A stretch of DNA of 64,000 nt from Cyanophora paradoxa CCMP329 (taxonomy: Eukaryota > Plantae > Glaucophyta): assembly GCA_004431415.1 (NCBI GenBank), contig QPMI01000084.1, positions 100,951-164,950 on the forward strand, given 5' to 3'. Below are positions 39,290-48,617 of this stretch, one piece after another (the first letter of the stretch is position 1; every line of letters begins with the position of its first letter). The position numbers were made by a program, and so were the translations under genes. The notes beneath the pieces are model-generated. The model was not told the DNA's origin and did no database searches. It saw only the letters and a list, made by a program, of their open reading frames with translations.

Positions 39290-39682
39290 ATGGATTCCCG
39301 ATACCGCGGCTACCACGTTATGCTCGACTATATAACCGACCCGTTCACCGAGTCCCCGGAGGCATGCGCCGAGTGGATCACAGCGAACCTGTCGCAATAT
39401 ATAACAGATCGCCAGATGCGCATCGTGCACCAGCACACCTGCATTTTCGATGGCTCTATTTCCCCTCCCGGTTTCGCGATTGGCTTTCTATTAGATGAGT
39501 CGCATGCGACGGCTCACTCTTATAGCGACCAGGGGCTATTAGCGATCGATATCTTTACATGCGGGTCAAATGCCGAAGCAAAGACGATGGGAATAGCACA
39601 GGACATTAACGATCTCATACAAGAAAGGCTGAAAGTTCGAAAGTGGGACTTACAGGTCGAGCAAAGGTTCCCAATTTCATAA
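39290..39682 (+). CDS. speD: Pyruvoyl-dependent S-adenosylmethionine decarboxylase proenzyme (short prokaryote/virus type)
   Basis: 130 aa; GYHVMLD at the N-terminus; GFAIGFLLDESHATAHSY with the ESH self-cleavage site; AIDIFTCG. Confidence 0.88.
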   Translation: MDSRYRGYHVMLDYITDPFTESPEACAEWITANLSQYITDRQMRIVHQHTCIFDGSISPPGFAIGFLLDESHATAHSYSDQGLLAIDIFTCGSNAEAKTMGIAQDINDLIQERLKVRKWDLQVEQRFPIS

Positions 39683-39707
39683 AAAATGAAAAAAGCGACA
39701 AATACAT

Positions 39708-40021
39708 TTAATGTTCCTTGATCGGAAACTTGCCCATTAGCGGGTGATCGAGACCCATGACATACCAGCATCGCATGACGGGATCCCAGCGGGCTCTCTC
39801 AGCCTTCGCTTGATCCTTAAATTCATAAGGAATATCGAGGTAAACCTTCACGTTTCTTTGATACACTTGCTCATAGCTTAGAGTTTTGAACTGAGAGCAT
39901 AGGGGTGATCTTTCTTCGTGACATACCAGCATGAATTCTCACGATCCCACTTTCCACCGAGGGATTTCGCAACGTCTTTTTTATCATAGGGAATATCCAC
40001 GAAATGCTTTTCACCCTCCAT
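39708..40021 (-). CDS. Protein with two DUF5710-like repeats; one frameshift
   Basis: FVDIPYDKKDVAKSLGGKWDRENSCWYV and YLDIPYEFKDQAKAERARWDPVMRCWYV, joined by restoring one base in the homopolymer near 39903. Confidence 0.75.
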
Positions 40022-40060
40022 CTCTTTTATATTTACCGGAGAAAATAATTTCGGGGTTTG

Positions 40061-41443
40061 TTATGAACGAGAAGACCGAAGAATGCGCGTAGTAGGGGCT
40101 GTGTAGCTTGCGCTCTGATTCTTGAATGATTTATACCACCTCTGACTGTTTACCTCAGAGAGCTTCTCAGTTCCCGCGATCGTTAATTTGGCGAGCTCCC
40201 TCAGCGCCCTCTTTGTCTTTTCTGCGCGATCTTCCAATAGAGCCCCTTTGGGAACACTTGCGGCAACATCTATACCTTCCTTTTGAACCTGCCGGATCGA
40301 AGCTGCCTCTACATCAGCCGCTAAAATAGCGTTGCCCGATGGCTCCACCACAGCTTCGACCTCTGTAATGATCTGCAATTCGTGCGGCTTAAAAAGCTTC
40401 GGCATTACGTTTCCGGATGCATCTTGCACCTCTATTGCGTTTCCTCTCCTTCCCGCAATTTTGTAGACCTCTCGGCTATACCTTTGAGTCGCCCCTTTGT
40501 CAAACTTCGATCTCGGCAATAACAGGCGGACGTGGAGACCCGGCTTAAAGTCGCTGAATATATCCTTGACGATTGTGTTCTTCCTTGAAATAATAGCCGC
40601 TCGGATCCGCTCCATATCTGAGAGCTTAACATCCCCGGGTTTCATTCCTATTGTTCTGTGAATGGTGTTGTTGTAATTGAAAACGAAGTCGTCCAATTTG
40701 TCCATGAATCGAACTGTATTATAAGCGACACAGTAATTGTTTATCATCGTTTTTAGAGTCAAATGAAAGCGATTCATTATTCCCAGCGAAGTGTGATCTC
40801 CGACCTGTTTAAAGCGGTGCTCTATTCCATTGCTTTTCACGACCTCCTGAAACTCCTTTGCGACGAATTCTGAACCGTTGTCTGTCTCCAATCGAACCAT
40901 TGGAGCCGGGAGCTCTGTGAGCATCTCCGCAAAAGCGGCGGCAACACTTGCGCCCTCCTTGTTTTTTAACTTCTTGGCATATGCTTTTCGGCTCGTCATC
41001 TCGATGAGAGTAAGGACTGCAATGTAGCCGGAATTATAATTGCCATATGAGAGATAAAAGATGAGATCCGCTTGGTAGCACCACGGCGGGGCTGTGATGG
41101 GAATAAAAGCGGTTTGGGTTGGTGCGGGGGGCTTCTTGTTGATCTGTATAAATTCTTGTTTCGCTGCGACATCTTGCACTTCTTTCAATGTGAGGGTCTT
41201 GTCCTCTTTTCTCAGCTCTTCGTACAATGCCGATGGGTTCTTAAAACCTGTCTTTGGGTCATACATGCGTCGCACGATCTTAGAGGACGGGTTAGCAATG
41301 CTAAAAGGAACATCTCCTAATAAATTTGATTTTGCTTGGCGTTTTGTAATTTTTTGGGGGACTTGCTCAGTTTCAGGAACCGCGATAGGTAGTATGGTAG
41401 TCTCCATTTCCTCATCTCCTCCCCTTCTAACGATCCGCGACAT
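40061..41443 (-). CDS. rve-family (Polinton-type) integrase, element A
   Basis: YQADL, LETDNGSEF, GIMNRFHLTLK, YNNTIHRTIGMKP, FDKG..RYSREVY. Confidence 0.92.
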   Translation of the reverse strand: MSRIVRRGGDEEMETTILPIAVPETEQVPQKITKRQAKSNLLGDVPFSIANPSSKIVRRMYDPKTGFKNPSALYEELRKEDKTLTLKEVQDVAAKQEFIQINKKPPAPTQTAFIPITAPPWCYQADLIFYLSYGNYNSGYIAVLTLIEMTSRKAYAKKLKNKEGASVAAAFAEMLTELPAPMVRLETDNGSEFVAKEFQEVVKSNGIEHRFKQVGDHTSLGIMNRFHLTLKTMINNYCVAYNTVRFMDKLDDFVFNYNNTIHRTIGMKPGDVKLSDMERIRAAIISRKNTIVKDIFSDFKPGLHVRLLLPRSKFDKGATQRYSREVYKIAGRRGNAIEVQDASGNVMPKLFKPHELQIITEVEAVVEPSGNAILAADVEAASIRQVQKEGIDVAASVPKGALLEDRAEKTKRALRELAKLTIAGTEKLSEVNSQRWYKSFKNQSASYTAPTTRILRSSRS

Positions 41444-41475
41444 TCTTTTTATTTATCATGTTTATTTTTCTTACA

Positions 41476-41910
41476 TCATGATCGGCACACCAATGTTGGT
41501 TCGGCACACAGGACACCTGACATCGCCTTTTTGTTCATTTTCATCCAGCAACCTTCACACACAGTTGCAGTGCAAACTTGGCAGCCTAATCCGCCGGTTT
41601 GATTATCAGAGCACACAGCACATGCAAGAAGCCCACCGTTAAGAAATTCTTTGACTCGGTTCTCCCTCAGCCTGTCGTCAGAGCACCAGTTGTCGTTTTT
41701 AATCATTACGATTTCACCACTTTGAAAACCACATACAAGTCTAATCATGAGAGGAATGTCTTTCACCTTACCAATATACACCATATCAGGGGTCTTGATA
41801 GCCAACGCCGAAATTTGAACGAAAGCTGTCCCGAAATCCTTAGTGAAAGCGTGAGTGACATCCTTATAGGCAATCTTGTTTGCCTTGAAGTATGCGATGA
41901 ACTGTTCCAT
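41476..41910 (-). CDS. Protein with C-terminal RING-like finger; probable frameshift near the end
   Basis: CAVC..CQVC...CEGC, and RCPVCR in the shifted frame after a homopolymer near 41530. Confidence 0.7.
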   Translation of the reverse strand: MEQFIAYFKANKIAYKDVTHAFTKDFGTAFVQISALAIKTPDMVYIGKVKDIPLMIRLVCGFQSGEIVMIKNDNWCSDDRLRENRVKEFLNGGLLACAVCSDNQTGGLGCQVCTATVCEGCWMKMNKKAMSGVLCAEPTLVCRS

Positions 41911-42009
41911 TTTGCTTGACTTACTTGGTTGTTTGAATGTCCGATGGAGGTAACAAACCTTTCAATTTTTGCCCTCTCCCTAATTAACTCCCGACAAATT
42001 TTTCCGACC

Positions 42010-43200
42010 CTATTTCTTGCTGCAATTGCACCCATGATGGGCGAGCTGGCAATTGTCTTTAAGGTGTGGGCGCCTGTTGTTAATGCGATCCACGACGAGC
42101 TTGTAATTCGGATCTTGTGGCTCAGTCGGAATAGGAAGGGAACAGATCGCACAGGCGCCCTTCTGTTGCTTTTTGCGCTCTAATATCCACTCCGGCGTAA
42201 TATAATCCGCCTCGTCAAAATCGCGCCCGGCACGCTGATCCTGGCATTTATAACCGCGGATCTTCGTTTTCAGATATTCGATGTAGTCGCTCTTTCCTTG
42301 GAATCTGTGAATCGGTGTATAAATCAGCACAGTAGACAGATCGCGGTTACGAGTGAGCGCGGTATAGAACCATTCGCGAGTGGTATAGCGGAACGTAGCC
42401 TCACAAATGACAATGCCCGAATCAAGTGTGAGACCTTGCGTTGAATGACCTGTTCCTGCATAAGGGAGAGAAAAATGTTCTAACATCGCGCACGGAACCT
42501 CGAACGTGACACCATCGAAAACGTCCGTTAATGTGACCATTTGCTTTGTGATTTTGGTGATTCGATAGGTGTAATTTGTGTATGCATTAATAGACTCACC
42601 CTCAGACCGCGAAATGCGTAGATACCTGCGGCAAACGACTTCCAAACCTTTGTAGAATTTAATGCCGTTGACCTCTACGGTTGGGATATTTACTTTGCGT
42701 CTATCGTGCATCAGTTTGTTGTAGGCTAAGGTCATTTCGTTTCTGTAAGCGATGCCAAAGTAGCCGTCGGGAATAGCGCTTAGATCATTAATTGTCGGCA
42801 ACCCGTATTTCGAGATAATCTGTGCGGCTTCCAGTCCGTTCTCGAAGAGATCCTCTTTAATCGCCCGAATTAATTCACGGTCTGTCTCCTTCTTGTGCCG
42901 CTTGTTAATGCGTAGACTCAGAACGTTAGGGAACATGCTCTGCACCGCGCGCTTATAGTAGCCCTTGCGATCAGAAACCGAGAGGTCGTCATTAATCGGT
43001 TCGTTCTGATAGGTATCGCCATTAGCCAAATATTTGATATCCGGATAGCGATCGATAAACGACTTGATCTTAGCGAGATCTTTTACAGAATACGCGAATA
43101 TCTCGTCGAACATAATGTGACTGAACTCGGAGACGAACGTCCTCTGGTCTTTTTCGCTCATAGCCTCTTCGTAGGTCTGATCATTGGAGACACGGAACAC
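42010..43200 (-). pseudogene. SF1 (Pif1/RecD-like) helicase fused to an HNH-like domain; N-terminus missing
   Basis: FDEIF, GDTYQ, INKR, TGHSTQGLT, YTALTR; C-terminal CAIC..VDRINN..H..DNCQLAHHGCN; no Walker A because the frame runs into the hairpin. Confidence 0.82.
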
Positions 43201-43267
43201 ATATAAAAACAAATATTATTATCCCTCGCGTTCCGCTCAGGATAATAATATTTGTTTTTATATGTGT
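43197..43267. other. Perfect 28-bp AT-rich inverted repeat with 15-nt loop at the A/B junction
   Basis: ACACATATAAAAACAAATATTATTATCC - ctcgcgttccgctca - GGATAATAATATTTGTTTTTATATGTGT. Confidence 0.95.
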
Positions 43268-43523
43268 GTTACTATAAGTTATATAAAGATATTAGCATTT
43301 TTATCATAGTGTATATCGATATGTGATATGTTTTTTATCGGTAGTTCGTAAATGAATTATTAAATATAATAAAAGTATCGTGGAATCTTTGTAAATTATG
43401 TATATAAAATATGTAATCGCGATATAGTCGATATGTGTTTACGATGCGCGATGTGTATTGAAAACAACTACAATGTGCTGCTTGGGACGCGCCCCATATA
43501 GTCATGTGTATCACCTACGTAGC

Positions 43524-44237
43524 TTCGATAGGGTGGGGCGGGTGGGGTGAGGTGGGGCATTTTTTTGAATTCCCTAAAATAATTCCCCCTCAAAAATTCT
43601 TGGTCAAAAAAGACCCCACCCAACCCACTTACCCCACCCTGTATTACTTACTATATTCATGATTGATTTCAATGTGATTAATGTATAAATTATATATATT
43701 ATGTATGTTAAAATTAATACCGGGTGGGGTGTGAGGGTGGGGTGTGAAAGTGGTATCAGCCAACCATTTAATAATTAGGATATTGAACCGACGTGATACC
43801 GACGTGATACGACGTGATACGATATAATCGGATCGTATTAGAACGGCGCGATCTGTATTAAAAACAAGTATCATGTGCTGTATATTTCGCGATCGCTATA
43901 TATATCGCGATCGATAGGGTGGGGTGAGAAAGTGGGCACCACCTCCACTGTATACACTGTGATATGAGCGCAATCCCGATGTAGCCTACTATGATATCGT
44001 GCGTACTTCGATAGGGTGGGGTAAGTGGGGTGAGGTGGGGCTTTTTTTTGAATCCCTTAAATTTTTGGGGGTCAAATATTTTTGGGCAAAAAAGACCCCA
44101 CCCAACCCCACCCTCCCCACCCTGTATTACTTATCGATACACCTCACTTATTTCAATGTACAAACTCTAATTAAATAGATAGTAAATATGTATAGAAATA
44201 ACGAGATTGTAGTATAGGGTGGGGTGTAGGGTGGGGG
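43524..44237. repeat. Two copies of a ~220-bp GGTGGGG/CCCCACC inverted-iteron element (43524-43743, 44007-44237)
   Basis: TTCGATAGGGTGGGG..GTGGGGTGAGGTGGGG..AAAAAAGACCCCACCCAACCC..CCCCACCCTGTATTA, then an AT-rich spacer and a GGTGGGGTGT(G)AGGGTGGGG box. Confidence 0.92.
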
Positions 44238-44404
44238 CAAAATGCAAACTGAATCAGTGCGATATAATTTAGTGAACACGAAGTGGATACGAAGTGGATA
44301 CGAAGTGGATACGAAGGGGATAAGTGCGCCCCGCCCACTATGCAAGATACATGCAAACAACATGCGAGATACATATATAAATTGTTTTTCTCTTCCTATA
44401 ATAA

Positions 44405-45214
44405 ATGAAGACTCACTTTTACCATAAATATACCGGCAACAAGTATAATGAAATGGATACGATCTATCCATATATCGATTTAGAAGGAATTAATAAAGTT
44501 ATAGAACCGTTTTGTGGTTCAGGTGCTTGTAGTTTCTATCTTTGGGAAAAGCATAAAGACCGGTTTGATTATTATATGAATGATAACGACGAAACCCATA
44601 CCCTTTTTTTGAATACAATGAAAGACCCAGACAATAAAGTTAAACTCTTAGAGAGTCTTAAACAGTTCGAAGCAGTGAGCAATATAGAAGAGCATAAAGA
44701 AGTATATAAGAAGTTTCTACAACATGATCGTAAAGATGCAATGGATTACTTAGCTCACCATTTCTATCTTCTTAAAAACAGCGTTTTAAATGTTAAAACC
44801 CTCCGTGATTTCAAAAAACGAAACGTGAAGGTGAGTCCATATACAACTCTTAAAAAGAAGATACCATACGATGATTTCATAAAAGGAGCCAGCCTTTCCC
44901 ATGGGGATTTTCGCGATATTGTAGCCAAATATAGAGATGATGAAGCGGCTTTTATATTTCTCGATCCTCCATACGTAAACAGCAATAATGACTTTTACGA
45001 AAATGTAGAATTCGATTTAGAAACCTTCTTTTTGGATTTGGAAGACCTATTTAAGACAGCGAAATGCAAGGTTATGATGGTTGTAAATGATGCTCTTTTA
45101 ATGAAACTCCTATTTAAACCCTATATTCGCCATACGTATGGCAAAGTGTATGGTATGTCAAAAAAGAAAAGAAACCATCTCATTATGACTAACTATGAAC
45201 TTGGTGAAAAATAA
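44405..45214 (+). CDS. D12-class (Dam-like) N6-adenine DNA methyltransferase
   Basis: KYTGNK; motif I VIEPFCGSGA; MND; motif IV FIFLDPPY; C-terminal LIMTNY. Confidence 0.9.
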   Translation: MKTHFYHKYTGNKYNEMDTIYPYIDLEGINKVIEPFCGSGACSFYLWEKHKDRFDYYMNDNDETHTLFLNTMKDPDNKVKLLESLKQFEAVSNIEEHKEVYKKFLQHDRKDAMDYLAHHFYLLKNSVLNVKTLRDFKKRNVKVSPYTTLKKKIPYDDFIKGASLSHGDFRDIVAKYRDDEAAFIFLDPPYVNSNNDFYENVEFDLETFFLDLEDLFKTAKCKVMMVVNDALLMKLLFKPYIRHTYGKVYGMSKKKRNHLIMTNYELGEK

Positions 45215-46090
45215 CGATTTAGTCATGTATATATTTCGTATATATGTCCGAACCTCCGTGTGTGTGATCCCGCACAACTTTGAATTTTTTGTTTTTTTTG
45301 TTTTTTTCTCATATGGCAACATATACATATATACACCGGCGTCACCGACATAGTCGGGGTCATCACATCGCGGCGATTCCAAAAACATATAGCATGCCAC
45401 AAAGTAGTTTTTTATGTGTTTTTCGATGTTCGACCAATCGCGGATGTGACCGTAACCGATTGGGGTAGAGGCTCGCGTAACCGGTTATGCGGGCGTAACC
45501 GATTGGGGTAGAGGCTCGCGTAACCGATTGGGGTATATCTTTCGTCGGCTTGACGTTTTTACGACAAGCCGCAACAGACTTGACGTTTTTTCGACAAGCC
45601 GCCATTACTTGTCGATTTAACGACAAGCCGACACCAAAACTTGACTGACTATGACTGACCAGTGACTGACCGACTTGCCAACTTCCCGGAGTCCCGAGTC
45701 CCGAGTCCCGAGTCCCGAGTCGCCGGCAAATATTTACCATAACACCGCGATCGCGACTCGGCGGCGACCCCCCCTTTCGTTTTCCGGGCATAACTTTGGA
45801 CAGCAAGCCGATCTCGGCGCGCTCTCAATTGCTACGTGCTTGTAACTTGCTTCCGGGCATGTTGGTGCTAGTTTGACTAGCTTACTCAACCATGGCGCGA
45901 AGCGCGAATTCTCCATAGGCACAGGTGCCCGAAAACCGATGTGTCCCCTACGTCGTGCGCGCCGGCGCGCGTTCCCGTGCGTCTCCACTAGTCATACTTC
46001 GCATCCGTGCACGTATAGAGTAGTTCTACGCTACTACAAAGCGGCGCGGTCTGATTCGCAAAGCGCGCGATTTGGCGGCTACGAAAGCAC
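45210..46090. repeat. Non-coding terminal module, copy B, with its own minisatellites
   Basis: Matches 38129-38321 and 38809-39249; middle has CGTAACCGATTGGGGTA x3, CGACAAGCCG x3, GACT runs and CCCGAGT x4-5. Confidence 0.92.
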
Positions 46091-46101
46091 CGCGTCGCAT
46101 G

Positions 46102-47541
46102 CTACTTTCGTGGTCTCAGAGTCGCTTTTCGATCGCCATTAGCTACCGGCGCTACCGTTGCTACTTTTCTACTACTTCTTAATGTAGCTTTGGTTTCCGG
46201 CGCTTTGTAGCTCTCAGTTTGATTAGAGAACGACTTATACCATCGTTGGCTATTCACGCCGCCGGATAGCTTAGGCTCGGCGGCGGTTACTAGCCGCTGT
46301 AATTCTTTATTTACTCGTTTCTCTTTTTGCACGCGATCCTCTAATAGAGTGCCTTGCGGCACAGCCGCGGCGGCTTCTATGCCCTCTCTACGCAATTGCG
46401 CATCGACGCGCGCCTCGTCCTTCGCCGCCTCTAATGCGTCTACTGTGGGCGCCATTAGGTAATCCACAGCTTGGACAGGCAATAGCTCGTGGAAGGCAAA
46501 ACGACCCTCTACGCGATTGCCGTCCGGATCAGTTAGCATAAACTTATAGCCCTCGCGCCCGGCGACTGTATAGACGATTCGGCTCCAATTGTTACCGCCC
46601 TTAGCGAACGGCGTCTTCTCGATCCGTAGCCTTACTGACATGCCCGGCTGAATCTGATCCAAATAAGCTATCGATTTCTTGAATTTCGCATCTTCTTTTT
46701 GCACTATAAGCTTATAGTGACTCTCGTTGGTCTCGGCGGGCATATAGCCGGTCGCAGAGTGCACCGTATTATTATAGTTATATTCTAATTCGGGCAGGAC
46801 ATCTATAAATCGCGCCGTATTATTAGCGATGCAGTAGCTCGTGATCAGCCGCCGCATTTGCTTGTTAAATGCTTCTATGCGCCCTTGCGCGCGATGGTCG
46901 GCTGTGTCCGCTATCTGATGCTCGATAAACTGATTCTCGAAATATTTGCGCATAATATCATTGCGGAATTCGCTTCCCGCATCGCTTTGCACTTTGAAAA
47001 TTGGTCTCGGCGCCTTATTTTGCAGCTGTATAAAGGCGGCTAAGGTCGACGCCGCGGACTTATCCCGCATCGGGATAATGAACCCGACCCGTAATGTGTT
47101 CTCCATAGCCGTGAGAAAAGCACTGTAATTATCATTATACTTCGAGTAAGCGGGAAAGAATAGCAGATCAATTACGTAGGTATCGAGAGGCTGTCGGATC
47201 GGTATAGCAGGGTCTCGTTTGCGGGATAGGTGCGGCGCATTAATCTGAACGACCTCTTGCCGGCTATACCACTCTTGCAATTTCTTATAATTCTCGTCGG
47301 GCAGCTCTTGCCGTAGCTTAGTGATCCCTTTAAAGCCTGTTTGCGGACTGTAAAACTTCCGGGCAATTTTCGATTCCTCCGGGACAGCAAGGGCTACGGG
47401 CACGTCGCGGGGCACCAAAGCCTTTAAATCAGACCGCTTTACTATGCGGCTCTCTTTATTCTCTTTCGGCACGGGGATTGGCAATGTGCTCCCCTCTAAA
47501 TCTTGCGATCGTCTTACTATGGGCGGTCTTGACATCCTTGT
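46102..47541 (-). CDS. rve-family (Polinton-type) integrase, element B; start approximate
   Basis: YVIDL, VQSDAGSEF, GRIEAFNKQMR, YNNTVHSATGYMP, FAKG..NWSRIVY; C-terminus nearly identical to integrase A (VNSQRWYKSF). Confidence 0.93.
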   Translation of the reverse strand, partial: TRMSRPPIVRRSQDLEGSTLPIPVPKENKESRIVKRSDLKALVPRDVPVALAVPEESKIARKFYSPQTGFKGITKLRQELPDENYKKLQEWYSRQEVVQINAPHLSRKRDPAIPIRQPLDTYVIDLLFFPAYSKYNDNYSAFLTAMENTLRVGFIIPMRDKSAASTLAAFIQLQNKAPRPIFKVQSDAGSEFRNDIMRKYFENQFIEHQIADTADHRAQGRIEAFNKQMRRLITSYCIANNTARFIDVLPELEYNYNNTVHSATGYMPAETNESHYKLIVQKEDAKFKKSIAYLDQIQPGMSVRLRIEKTPFAKGGNNWSRIVYTVAGREGYKFMLTDPDGNRVEGRFAFHELLPVQAVDYLMAPTVDALEAAKDEARVDAQLRREGIEAAAAVPQGTLLEDRVQKEKRVNKELQRLVTAAEPKLSGGVNSQRWYKSFSNQTESYKAPETKATLRSSRKVATVAPVANGDRKATLRPRK

Positions 47542-47607
47542 CATCAGACAATAAAAAAGATCAATGTAACATTTTACTCGCACGCGACAAGAGAAGGTCT
47601 TGTTTAT

Positions 47608-48213
47608 TTACGGTAAATCAGAGCAGAAGATATTAGCAACGACACCATTTCGGTTGTTTGAATTGATATACCACATATGACTGTTACGACTCCACTTCGC
47701 TCCATTATCTTTTAAGAATTTACGCAATGTGGTGCGGCGTGTAATATTAATTCCATGCTCTTCGAATTTCCGATGATATTTGGACAGATCACGTTTAACA
47801 TGGAAATATAGAATGCTGATTGGTTCTTGCTCATGCTCACGCTTCATGGCTCTCACTACATCTACCATGCTATACTGAGTGCATCTAACATGACCCCAGA
47901 AATCCACAACAGGTAAATATCCTCCTGTATCATCATCGACCAGGATGATATTATACCTATATCTGTAAGGGTTCCCAGTGGCTTTAACATAAGCGAATAC
48001 GTTATCTGATGATCGGATTACTATTTTATGCGGTTCTTCAATGAAGAAGCCAATCGACTTCACATCTTCTCTACGAATGTATGTATTCACAAATGAGAAT
48101 TGAACATGCTCACTATCAAAGGAGAAAATGACATCTAACAGTTCCACCATGTTTAATGACATTTCAGAGAGAGGGAAACTAATGATAGGGTTACCATTAA
48201 AGCGATAAGCCAT
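47608..48213 (-). CDS. Hypothetical protein with C-terminal DUF5710-like motif
   Basis: 201-aa ORF; RKFLKDNGAKWSRNSHMWYI; conserved upstream motif present. Confidence 0.65.
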   Translation of the reverse strand: MAYRFNGNPIISFPLSEMSLNMVELLDVIFSFDSEHVQFSFVNTYIRREDVKSIGFFIEEPHKIVIRSSDNVFAYVKATGNPYRYRYNIILVDDDTGGYLPVVDFWGHVRCTQYSMVDVVRAMKREHEQEPISILYFHVKRDLSKYHRKFEEHGINITRRTTLRKFLKDNGAKWSRNSHMWYINSNNRNGVVANIFCSDLP

Positions 48214-48617
48214 TGCCTTTTACTTTAAGCTGAGAAAATATTTTTCCTGTTGCCTAAATGTAGCGCGTTCTCCTTAAATCATTTTGCGTTGCCCACGGGG
48301 CTTTCAATTTTTGACGATCCGCGGTGAGACTCTCTCACGTTTACTGTCAATAAAATCAGGCTACCTGAGCGTTTATTGTCAAAATTTTAATAATTAATGA
48401 AAATCTTGACAATAAACACCGCAAAACGCGCAATAAAAACGTGCAGTAAACAGTAGAATGGACGCCCCGGTATGGACGCGCACCCGATCCCTAATTACTT
48501 CCTAATCAACCCGGACGACCCCGGATTAAAGTGCATTTGGCTTCTCCATATCCTAAGGCGACAGCTCCTTCAATTAGAGCGCAAACCAAGAAAAAGAACG
48601 CACGATAAGATAGACGA

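Larger units (their letters stand above)
37480..43196. mobile_element. Endogenous Polinton-like virus, element A (left part, interrupted)
   Basis: Sharp GC drop, intronless genes, rve integrase, repeat-rich end module shared with element B, helicase truncated at ~43.2 kb; left boundary approximate. Confidence 0.75.

Noticed and set aside
38705-46142. Similar ORFs in the two terminal modules (38848-39147, 45734-45988 and others)
   Set aside because: Similarity follows from the DNA repeat; starts, lengths and frames are not conserved
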